Below are positions 49,225 to 62,200 of a DNA stretch of 64,000 bases, piece by piece (positions within the stretch are counted from its first letter, which is position 1; every line of letters starts with the position of its first letter). Source of the stretch: Paragordius varius (Eukaryota > Animalia > Nematomorpha); the NCBI GenBank assembly GCA_964247055.1, contig OZ176057.1, positions 2,914,001 to 2,978,000 of the forward strand, in the 5' to 3' direction. The position numbers and the translations under genes were made by a program. The notes under the pieces are model-generated. The model was given only the letters and a program-made list of their open reading frames with translations. It did no database searches and was not told the DNA's origin.

Positions 49225-52200
49225 GCTGCAGGCGCGGAGAAGAACTTGGTATGTTCACTCCTGAGATGCGACCTTTTGATTTTATAGGAAATCTTGTTTA
49301 CATTCGGTGATAAATGAAATTTATCTCATTATTTTCATCAATTTATTGTCAGTTTATATTATCCGCAAGAAATTCTATCATTCAGAATTATAATCACACA
49401 TGAATTATTTCTACAGAACATACAACTCCGAAATTTTCATAGACAATTTTATTCCCTAAAAACCGTTCTCAAACATCAGTGGACATATCATACTGATTCT
49501 GTAATATAGCAATAAATATGGCCACCTGGAATACACGTGGCACTTCAGATAACAAATTGGATATAATAATTCGCGAGATGAAACGTTTAAACATCCATGT
49601 GTTAGGGCTGTCGGAGACTCATATGCAACATAACTCACACAAAATATACGACAATTACTCGTTTTATAACTCAGGCGGTGAGCTCAAACGAAAAGGATGC
49701 GGTTTCTTAATATCGAATTATTTTGCCAAACATACCGATATATAGACCTCTCTCCGATCGATTTATATACCTACAAATTAACACGAGACCCCAGGCTATA
49801 ACAATATATCTAATCTATGCCCCCACGAGTGTCTCACCCGAAGACGAATGCGAAAAGTTCTATAATGAATTACAAATGGCTCTCTGTGAAACATCCAAGA
49901 AAGACATAACTTTCATCATCGGCGATTTTAACGCTATCATAGCTAACGATAAAACAGACAAGGTCACTGGTGGAAAAGGCCTTGGTAAAGTCAAAAACCA
50001 CCGTGGTTAAAGGCTAATTGATTTTTGCCAACAAAACAATCTCTTTATAGCGAACTCGTTTTTCAAACAGCCTAACAGACGGCTCTACACCTGGACCTCA
50101 CCGTGTCGTAAACACAGGAATCTAATAGATTACATATTGGGAATGCAAAAATACAAAAGCTCATTTCAAAACAATCGGTGCTACTCGAGTGCAGACTGCA
50201 ACTCAGATCATAACCTATTAATGGCCAAAATCAAAATAAAGCTACAACTTCCCCAGCCGCAAAAAAAACTTTTCCAAAACTAAACTGAACTACAAACTTA
50301 TACCTGCCGATTTTATTCCAATCCTTAACAATAAATTTGAATCCTTAAATTACGAAACATTGAACACAGATTATCTTTGGTCTACTATTCACAAAATTAC
50401 CACCGAAACAGCTAAGAATATATATCGCCTACCACAACTAAAAACAAAAAATTTACCATATCACAACAAAGCATCGACCTAATTGAAGAGAGAAGAGTAG
50501 CAATCCAAGGGGACTCCCCTTGAGTACAAAAATATTAATAATGAACTACAAAAAAGCATAAGATCCGACAAATCTCATTATAATACAATCTGCGATAACC
50601 TAGAGCAAGCTGCTAAACTTAATCACAACTACTTCTCTTATATTAAAGACATTCAACCGCGAAAACAAATGTACAAACGTCCTATGTCTCATTCAAACGG
50701 AAAAATTCTAACTGATAAAAAAGGAGTAATTAAACTTTGGGAAGAATACATCCATTTTATTCCCAAAACAATCAAATATAATCGCCATGAACTCTGAACA
50801 AACTTATGACCCTCGTATACTAAAAGAAGAAATCGAATGGGCCCTGAAGCATTCATCAACCGGCAAAGCAGAAGGATTTAATGACATCCCTACCGAGTTA
50901 CAAAGGCACATTCCCATAAAATCTTTCATTATTTCAAAAAATCTTCTTTGAGGCAACATTCCCGATATGTGAAAACTACCGTAAATAGCATTAATTAATC
51001 CTACCTCAAAAGTTTTTTTTAAAAATAATACAAAACCGTATACAAACATATGTCAAACCGGAAATCTCAATGACCCAGGCAGGCTTTAGTGAAAAAAGAG
51101 GATGCCATGCCATGATCTCAAACCTTAGATGGATAATGGAAAAAAACTGTGAATTCCAAAATGAGCTACACTTATGCTTCGTGGATTTCTCTAAAGCCTT
51201 CGATACCGTTCAACATGACATTCTCTGGAAGGCCCTTAAACAAATAGGAGTTTCCGATCACAACTAATTAAATCCATATACTCCAACTCATACCTATCAC
51301 TTAACATTCCGCATGGCCCGACCTCTTGTAGTCCAATGAACCTAGGTCTGCGTCAAGGCTGCATTTTATCCCCCATGTTGTTTAACATATATTTGGAATG
51401 TATCATGAGGGATCTAAATCTGCCAGGAATAAAAGTAGGGGTCATACTCTGACGACCCTCCACTACGCAGACGACACGGTTATCTTAGCAAATTCACAAA
51501 CAAACCTCGACAGTCTCCAAACTTTTATAAATGTGTGTAAAAAATACAATCTTACATTAAACCTCAACAAAACTAAAATATTGCATATCAACTCCCCTCA
51601 TTCCTATGACTCGCTTCGGATTAATAACGAAACAATTCAAGTAGTCAACGAATACACATACCTTGAAAGCATTATCAACAACTCAACTCCAGTTCCCAAG
51701 AAATAAGAAAACGCATAGCTATCGCCAAATGCGCTCTAGCCTACAATACAAGATTTGGAAATCTCATGACATAACCCTTAAAACAAAATCCGACTAATAA
51801 ACGCATTAATATTTCCTATCATGTTATACGGATGTGAAAGCTGGATCAAAAGTGAAGACGAAAAATGAATAAACGCTTTTGAAATGTTTTGCTGGAGAAA
51901 AATACTTGGTATAACATGGAAGGACAAAATAAAAAACATCGACATTGTAAATAAAATTAAAGCACACAACGCTTCGGGGTAAAATAATAAAACAAAAATT
52001 CGGTTACTTTGGACAATTCGGGGCAATTCTTTGGAAAAGGATATTATGTTAGGAAAAGTAAATGGTAAGAGAAGAAGAGGACGCAGACGTATTCACTGAG
52101 TAGACGAAATCTTATCACTTTCCAAATTGTCACTGCAAAAACTATCTCAAAAAGCTCACGACACGAATGGAGGAAGTTTTCCTACAAAATTGGTCGATAA

Positions 52201-52226
52201 CCGACTACAAGCTCAACAACAGCAAC
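49225..52226 (+). mobile_element. Near full-length decayed RTE-clade LINE (second family) with (CAA)n tail
   Basis: APE (VLGLSETH, IIGDFNA) and RT (FVDFSKAFD, LRQGCILSP, YADD) fragments. Tail CAACAACAGCAAC. Flanked by 98-bp direct repeats. Confidence 0.9.
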
Positions 52227-53096
52227 ATTATATTATTTTATAAATGATATATATTATTCCCTAAATAGACGCATTTCAATTCGCTAATTAATAGAACAAT
52301 TTTATATATTACTCTAAGGTGCAAAACTAATCCAAAAGGTAATAAAATTCAACTTAACTCTTATTTTACATGATTGGGGTAGTCTTTTATCTTAGGGCTT
52401 AATCCTATAAATTGAGTGCTGTTTCGAAGGTTGTTTTTGTTAAAATTAAATTATCTAACATTTTTCTTCTATAATTAAAAAATATGACTTCAATATAGAT
52501 TCTAAAATTGGATCTTCTAAACAAGAATACTTATGATTAATAATTAAAAGTTTATTGCAAGATGTCAGAGCTTTCTAAGGTTTACTTTTATTTTCTAGTA
52601 ATTTACATTTTTGGATTATGTTTTAGCAATTTAAATAAATTAAAATATCGTTGCTAAAAATTTGTGACTTTTTTACACCTTAACATTTTGTAAATTTATA
52701 ACACACACTTAATAAATAAAAAAAATTTAGCGTAATATAAATTATTTTTAAGATTTTAAATACCTCTGTGTCTAAATCTACATCAAAAGAAAATAAAAGG
52801 GATTAAAATCAATCGAAAATTTTGTCAATTAATGATTATTTGTATATTAGGGATGGTTATAGTGAGTCCTGATCTAATAAATGGATTTTTAGTACTCAGG
52901 CGTTAAAATTTTTATCATAAGCGCATTTGTTTGAATGAATGTGTTAAAGCCCACTAACATGCCTTTCTCGCATTTCAAATTTTAGGGAACAAATATTTAA
53001 TTTTTTTGAAATGGATTATCATTTTTTGGAAAAATTAGAGAGTATATTTTAATCTTTACTTTTTATTATATTATATTAACTTATTTGTCTTTTTAG

Positions 53097-56000
53097 AGTA
53101 TACAGTTATGTACAGGTACTTAGCATTGTCTCGAATCGATAAAGTTTTTTTTCTTATATATTTTTATAGCCACTCTTTTTGCAAAGGAATTTATACTATA
53201 TGAGATGCCCTAATAGCAATAAAAAGTGCAAAACACGGCGAAAAATAACCCTTAACCAATTATACCTAAATAAAATTAAAGATAACAAGTAATAACTATA
53301 TATTTTTATTAACAAGATATAGTAATTCTGATCAAGAACCTACTTTGTCTCTATTTTTTGAGGTGGCTGACAAAGGATTTTCTGGTATTTTAATTATAAT
53401 ATAAATATTTTTTTGAAAATGATTATATTAATATATTGTTAGTATTATACTATATTTCATTAAAAAATATATGCAGATAGTCAGTTACCACAAAATTTCA
53501 GTTTTACCTTGAAAATATACCTTGTCAATTATAGCCTTGTTAATAAGGTAATTCATAAATTAATATATTTTTTTCAAATTTTTTGTTAGCATATATATTT
53601 TTAGCGTATTTGATATAACTTTTGAATATGCGCAGAGCTTTTCATAAAATGATAAAAATTGATGAAATTCATGCATTTTAAATATATTTTTGTTATCAAT
53701 CTTCTATTGTTAAAAGCCGTCGAATATAATGCATGTAACATCTTGAGGACATATTTTTTTATTTTAGCTATCGTTAAACGGTCATTCCGTTTTCAAATCT
53801 ATGAAATGTATAATAAATAACCTTACGGGATCTAATAATCAAGAAGTTTCTACTGAACATTGGCAAACAACATTTCTATCTACTCCAAATAAAAATTTAA
53901 TATCATCCTGTTTTTCTCCTAATGGAATTTTATCTTCTGGTGGCGATGTTAATCATGGCATACAAAAAAATGACCAATTAAATTGTAGCATACAGCTAGC
54001 AGACGATACACCTGAATCACGTGAAGGACAATTTTTGATGATAAATGGTATCATAATTAATATTTTAAATACAGAATCGGGATTTATAAGATTTCAGAAT
54101 ATTTTTTAATATTTGATATATTGTTTATATTAGGTACGACACCAAAAAAAGTTTTACATTGCAAATGTAAAAAAAACAGTATTACATTTCCACATTCTCT
54201 TGACACCTGCGGGATATCACCAATTAAAGATGGTACATTTATATTATCTCCATCTAAAATATCTGCTTCCTGGACTAATGGATGTGATGACCATCATATA
54301 ATCAACAAAAAGTATAAAGAAAGTTTAAATAGTAACTTCAACAACGAATTCACGCCTAATAATAATAATAATATGAAACAAAAAATGGTTTATGTTAATA
54401 CGCAAGCTCATTTAGCTACAGTAACGGTACCTCTCAATAACATAAACATACGGCCGACATCCTCCCAGTTTTTCCAACAATGTTTTACTGTTCCGGTTCA
54501 GGAGTACAAAGATATGTTGGGTATATATGGATCCCCGGTTCATAAAACCACAAATTTAGCCTTGAAATTTGAGGGCTTTATCCATAGCACTGGGGAGAAC
54601 GGCAGCATTTATGCTACACCCCCTGGTAACATAAGACTAAATGGAGAGCATGTGCCATTGAAAAATGCTCTTAAACCAAATTTGACAGAGAAATGGCCTC
54701 ATTCGTTTAAATCTTGGATTATTCCTTCCTTGTTTGGTTTAAATGGTATCAATATGCTTTTTTATGCTTAAAGAGCAAAACTTTAATTTCAATTAATTTT
54801 ACAATTTTTTAAGGTTTACATCTCAATTTTTACAAAGTTTATTGTTATTTATTTTAATTTTAGAGGTATAAAAAATAACTCCACAACTAGATTATTCCCT
54901 TCTCCCCTTTATTACATTTTATTTAAAAATAGCCAATGCTACTAATGCATTTTAAATAGTATGTTAGTTTTGGGATACAACCACTATAGCATGGATAGCA
55001 CAACTTAATATCGGTTTTGGCTTGTTATAATGATATATAACACTCCATTACCTTTTGGCGTAGTTGATAATATCCCAGAGCGATATGAAATTTGAATAGC
55101 TAAAAAAGTATTTAAAGTATTAAGCCAAATTTAAAAATATGCTTTCTTTAGTCTTTTAGGAGCATTATTATGCGAAAAAATTAATTAAAAAGATGTAACT
55201 GTAAAAAATCCTCATCTTAAATTTTTTTGCCGCCATTTTTTCCTATAAAATTTAAATGGCTAGTGCAAAAGGCTAATAAACGTAAATAATTATCTTTAAA
55301 AGCTCTGAGGCTATATTTCACCAAAACTTGAAATTTTTTTATTTTAATATAAACTGGTCGTTTCAATCGTGTTTTGAAGCTGTCACAATTTTAAAGTTTA
55401 GAAGTCAAAAGCTGTATTTTTTTATCTAAAACATGGGAACAATGTTTTTAGGTTTTAACTAATATAGATTTCAAAACTTAGTTTATTTACAAAAATGAGC
55501 TCTGGGATATAAATCTATCCCAAAAGGTAAACTAGGACAAAAAAGTTAAAAGGGAATGAAGAGTTAAATCAATACTATTTTTTTATTAAAAATATTGTTT
55601 TTTCTATCTTATTAAATTAGAAAAATTTATAGAGTAGTCCTCTCCCAATGCTTACGATTAAGACAATTAATGGCTCATTATCTGCATCTGATTTTTTTCA
55701 AAAAAACCTAAAATAATATAAAATAAATCTGTTTTTCATGTTTTAACTCAATGTAATATCTAAAAAATATATATTATAAAGAAAGCTTGATTAAAAGATA
55801 CCAACTTTAACGCTTATATTTTTTAAGCCATGGCACTTTAAAATTGAAAAACAGATTATAAGCCTGGGCTAATAGTATGCTTATATTTTATTATTAGATT
55901 GTTAATTTGTCAATAATGTTAGCCATTTATATATATTATAATAATGGTTAATATAGGTTTCAATAAACCCTCTGCTTCTCAAAATTCCACCGCCTTTATT

Positions 56001-56256
56001 CCTTCAAAAGATTCTCAATCTCATGTTCCACAAACACTTCATGCATTTTTACATTTATCACATCTAACCCAATTTTGGGGCAAGGACCCACCTAATGAGG
56101 AATATTTCCTACTTACTTTTAGACCCTATAATGCTATGGAACAATCCAGTAAAAAAATTTAATTACAATATATAAAGCCTAATTATGAAAAGTTAAATAT
56201 CATTTAATCAAAAGACTTGTAAATATAAAAATAAAATCCCAATCTATGTGGGTTTC

Positions 56257-56291
<35 letters not shown>

Positions 56292-59200
56292 ACACATTGT
56301 AAATGAAATGAAAATTAGGTAGTTTTATAAATTAATTTTTATAGTTTGAATTACCAATCAAAATTATAGTTATTCACGATGCCATAATTATTTATTTTTT
56401 GGAATCATATAACTTTTTAATTTAATTAATTACCATTTTAATTAAATATGTAAGTCCCAATTTATATATGGGTGCCTTTTAATCTATAGTTTTTTAGAGG
56501 GTTATGTGATCGATGACCTAGAGGTTAACAAATTGAACGAAAAAAAATAATAATATCCAGAAAATACATTTTATCTAAATTATATTATCCCAACATTCAT
56601 TAACATAGAAATATTTTGCTTGAAAAAAATTATAAACTGTTAACTATGCGTAGATAAATAAAAAGGATTTTTTTCACTTTTTAAGTGATCATCTAAATAT
56701 ATATATTATAATTTTATTAGGTGTTAGTCCCGTTAAATATGATGGATTTAATTTTGGGTGCACCGAACTTATTAACAATTATAATCAAAATAATGAGAAT
56801 AATGAGACATTTCCCCACAACTATGCGTTACATGGTAATCTAGAGGAAGGGGTAAACATTGTAATGTCGGCGAAATTGTATGCAAACCATATATCTCAAC
56901 TATTTGACCGTCCCATAGATATAAGTGGCAAAAATTTTCAACATCCCGAAAAAAACTGTAAAAATATGGATGCAAATAAATTAACGCCAAAACGTGAAAA
57001 AGTCTCATTGTCAAAACAAGATTTGATTAAAAACGATCCTAATACAGAAACGAAAAATGGTATATTTATAATATCTTGAAATATGTTTAGCGTATAGTTA
57101 TTTAATTTTTAAAAATAACTCGTCCTAATAAATTCTTCGAGTCGTATTATATGTTTGGGAAGAATTTTTAGTGTCTTTAATTAATTCTAACCGTTTGTAT
57201 GGTGAATTAATGTTATGCCTATTAAAACCCGCTTTTAAAATATATTTTTTGAATATGCAAATCTCCGACAATTTAGGCCGCATCCTTAGATCGTTTAAAC
57301 GAAAGAAAATGGATTTTGATCAGAGTAATTTACATTCTTTATCTTTTGACGCAGATGAACATGAACAACAGCTTGTTAATGAAGGTTAATATACTGATTT
57401 TCCAAAAATACTTTTATTTGCTTGGTAACATCTAACCTAAGTATTTTATAAACAAAGGTAAAATTTTAATTATATTATTAGGGTTTTAAGATATAATAAT
57501 TATATTAATTTAATATTTATATTCCCATTTATACCCAAAAATAAAAATCTTGAAATATTTTGATGCAGAAAAAAGATTAAAAATTAATCATAACATCAAA
57601 GATTTCGCGCCAAATGGGGCGATTCCTGAAAATCACATAAAATCCGAAAGTGCAGAATATATACTTAAAACACCCAGTAAAAGGATACTTCGATCCAACA
57701 AATTGTCCTTTTCAATCGAAGATACCTCAGGTTTATTACGCTTATATAAATTAATCGTAATAAGAGAATGTTAAACGTTTGTTTTATTCTAGCTCATGAT
57801 TTAAATCAAGACAAAAACCCTTTCATCCAACCCAATGCAAATAATAATTATATAAGGCGATTAACGCAAGATGATTCCTGGATAGCGCAACAATTAGCCA
57901 TACTTAAAGATTGTTTAAAGGCTCATTTTATCTGTGGTAATTTTTATTCCAAAAAATTAATTTATATCTTTTGTTCTTTAATAAGTGTTAATATATTTTT
58001 ATTTTATATTATAATTTTATATGATTTTTATAGATAAAACCGTATCATTAATAAACAATCAGAATCCGAATTGTAAATTACCGATGTCATTTCCTGCATA
58101 TATGTATCCAATGCCAAACGATGCAAATCAAATTTTCTTACGCACTATGCAAATTGGATCTAAAACTAAATCTACTAATTCTTCACCACTTAAAATGATT
58201 TGGAATGAATCATTTAACTGCTTTTTGCTTAATAATACAAAAATAAAGTTTTCATCATCTCCATCCAAAGAGAACTCAAATTGTTTTATTAAGCACAATG
58301 CAGTTAATGATGAAAAGGGTAACTTTGATGTCAAAAAATCTGGTCCAAAAAATCAACATCAGAATGTTACTGCCTCAAATAACGTAACCAATAAACGAAA
58401 TAACGGGTTATGGCTTAAGCGTAAGTTGGATATAAAACGCGATACCAAATGCGATACAACTAGGGTCGCTAAAAGCCCAAAAGCACCGCTTTGCTCACTA
58501 AATAGTTTGGAAAAAGATATAGGTAAGAACGAAACAAAAAGGCCCCGACGTGGCTCCCTAACAAACGGATCAAATAATGCTGTTAATACTACTACTAACA
58601 ATAATAAAGCAATAGCAAAAGCACGTGAACAAGCTCAACTGAAATACGATTGGATTGTGGAAGAACAAAGCCTTATGGATAGTGGAATTGTATCTAAACG
58701 TTTTTTGCACACACGATTAATTTATCCACCAATTTTAGGGAGTGATCTTTTGAAATGTTTAAAACCTTCCGAAAAAAGTAATTTTTCTTGTTATATTTAG
58801 ATTTACCTTCGTGCGAAGATGAAAAACCTATTTTTTCCCATGCCTCCTCAACTCCTTGCTGCCATGAAATTAAAGTGGAGTGTAGCTCATTTGGGGACAC
58901 TCCAAGTTCTGCTAAAAAAATAAAGTTAAGCGGTAAAAGCAACAGATTTAAACACACATCTATCCAACATGATAAAAATAGCATATCACCCAAAATAATA
59001 ACTAGTAACATGGTAAATAATATAATGATCAAAGAACCATCATCCACATCAAAACTCAAGAAACCTATATTATCGCCAAACGAAACTCAGGAAAATTTGT
59101 TGTCTTTTCCTAGGTATTTCAATAAAATATAGTAATATAAAGAGTGTCTTTTCAACCAATTATCTACAAAAATAATTATGGTATAAATTTCGTTAATATC

Positions 59201-62200
59201 TGTTGAAGATGATAAAAACTTGTAGGATTATTTGTTATTGTTTCATAAATTTTTAAAAATAATCTCCAATATTGGAGATTAAGATATGAAATATTATTAT
59301 TTTTTAAAAAACATAATATAATTATTATTAATTTTCATACATATTTATCTAATTGATAGGCATGCTAATTCTTATATACACCTACAAACTAACTTATTCT
59401 CTGATACGGATTCCAACTCTAATCCCGTATTCATTGATGATGAACAATGTGGTGAATTGTACCATAAAAAGGGCAAAATTGATAAAAATGTTACGAACAA
59501 ATCGGCAAATCTTGAAGGAACGTATGGGCGATGCCCTTGGTGTTACGTTTTGTGTATTGATGCATATGCCCTCCTCAAACATTGTCAATTAACGCACGAT
59601 AAATTTACATTTGTCCTTGACGTGAGAAATATTTTTAGAGTTTTTATCTTTATAATTACGGTTTAACAAACCTCTTTTTACGATTTTTTTTGTTGTTCAT
59701 CCATATATGCATCTTTTTGCAGAAAGTTAATTATTTTTTTTTGTTTTCAATATAAGTTTCGCGTATAAATAATTATGTAATTAATTACTTCTTCATTTCA
59801 TACTAGAATAATTTAAATATTGGATTAAGCATTTTTTTGTTTTTGCATTTTTGTCAACCAATTTTAGGTAGGTTTTTTTTACATCCTATTTTTAATAAGG
59901 CCCCCTTTTTAAAAAAAACAGAGGTGTGTGGCTGTAATTTATTTAAAATATGAATGCTAAATTACATTTAATTGTATACATATCTTTCTCCATAGATAAC
60001 ATCAGATGCTTTGTTAATTTACATTGGAGTTAACAACAATGCAAGTAATCACACTTTGACAAGCACAAATCGGAATGATACATCAAAGCAGGATCAGGAA
60101 AAAGGGACAAATTATATGCAAGGACAATTATGGTGCCGTTACCGGTTTATTAACTTATTACTTACAGTAGAGTTCCCTCCCCTCGGCTCTTCATAATTTT
60201 TTTCTCAATATGAGTTTTTGAACTGATAATCTTGCACTCTTCTGATCTTTGAATTAGACTCTAGTTTTTGATTTTAACTTAAAAGTTTAGTCCCACAAAT
60301 TTAATAGTTTTTGGGTATTTTGGAGCTCGAATCGAAGAAAATATGTTTATATACTAATATTAGAATCTATTATATTTTTTAAAAAAACCCCTTTGTTTAA
60401 AATTTATTTTTTTATCATGATGCAGATATAAAGCTAGGGCTTCCCACAATCGAAAGGGTGAGGGGTATAGGGTCACTTTGTTTTAATTATTGTAACAAGT
60501 TATAAATAATTTTTATCCATATTTTTGAAATTTACGTTTAGCCCAAAACGATTTCGATACAGGAGTGGGAAATATTATTCCCGTATTTATGAAATGCTTA
60601 ACTCTCAACATATATCATCACATAACACGGGTATAAAAACTAATTTGACTAATTTTACGGACCGTATACATTCTGCAAACCCTGTTGATAATGTTAACAT
60701 ACACAATGATTTAAACACTCAAACTATCCCGAAGTCAACTAAAGATCAAATACAAAAACTCCGTTGTCGTAAAAGCAATCGAAATAGCAATGATTCATCA
60801 TCTCTATTAATGAATACACCCATGATTTCGATACCCAACAGCAATATGCCTGAAAATCCACAAGAACAAAAGCAATATACTATATTTCACACAAATCATA
60901 ATTATGGTCAACGAAATTTATATGAATTTTTGGATCCTAAAATTGTGAAACCCCTTGTTCGAGCGTTTGGTAAACGACAGACTACTCAACCCCCATTTTT
61001 CATAAATCATAAAATGCATTTAGATGTGAATGATCCCAATTTTAACAAGAACAATAATATTCATTCAAATATGTTTAATACGAAACATTTAACTAATAAT
61101 TCTACTACTACATATAAACAATTTGGGAGCAATAACAATAATGCCTACAATAAAATTCATGGTTACAACAATAGCAATATGGATTGGTCTATAGTCAAAA
61201 AAATGCACAAAAGGTTTTTACCATGTTTATGAATACTCTTTTGTTACAGAATTGTTAAGGTACACATTACCCTAATCTAGCTTATATAGAGCTTATTTGT
61301 TAAACATTTAACTCTATTGGGCAAAAGGTGTCCATCACGCGGCACACTCCAATATGTTCTTGCAGCCGCGTGAAATTAAATATAAAATTTTACGACATCT
61401 AAGTAAAATTTGAAAGCTTAAAAAATTTGTTAAATAATTCTTTCCAGATTATAGCTATGAATTAGGAAAAAATGCTTAAAAAATAGTAGTTTTAACAGTT
61501 CTATTATAATATATGGGCCGCGGCTCGCGAGTTCGTTTGTGTTGTACACCCCTGTATTATAGACGTTTAGTAAAAAAAATATTTCTTTTTCAATGCCTCT
61601 TAAAATTGTTAAATTATTTAAATTTAATATATCATTATTCAATACATACTTTATTTTATTTTCTAAGTAGTTTTAAAAAAAGATTATTATTTAACTAGTA
61701 AATTGTTGTTTTAAAATAAAGTTTCAGTTTTATTGATATTTAAAGTTTTTGTTATATTAATTGTAAAACACAATTTATTTTTAGGGTAAATTTGAATTGT
61801 TCGAGGGTAAATTCGAATTGTTAAAGGCTGAATTTGAACTGTAAATGGTATACTTTCCCACGGAAGAGTTTTACTCAATTTTTATATTTCATATATTGCA
61901 ATATTTTAGTATTTTAACCATGAATAGTCTCACACAAAATATTTATTTACAATATTCTTACGCTCTTGTAACATGTGATAAATAAGTTTTATATGTGCAA
62001 AATTTATTTTACGATAAAACATAATATATGCACATATTTATATATATATACCATTTACAATTCGAATTCACCCTAAAAATAAATTATTGTGTTTTTGGGA
62101 TAATTATTAATATAAACATTTTTACCATATAGTTTATTATTTTTTAGCATTATTTTAATTTTAAACAGAATTTAATATTTTAAAAATATTCTAAAATAAA

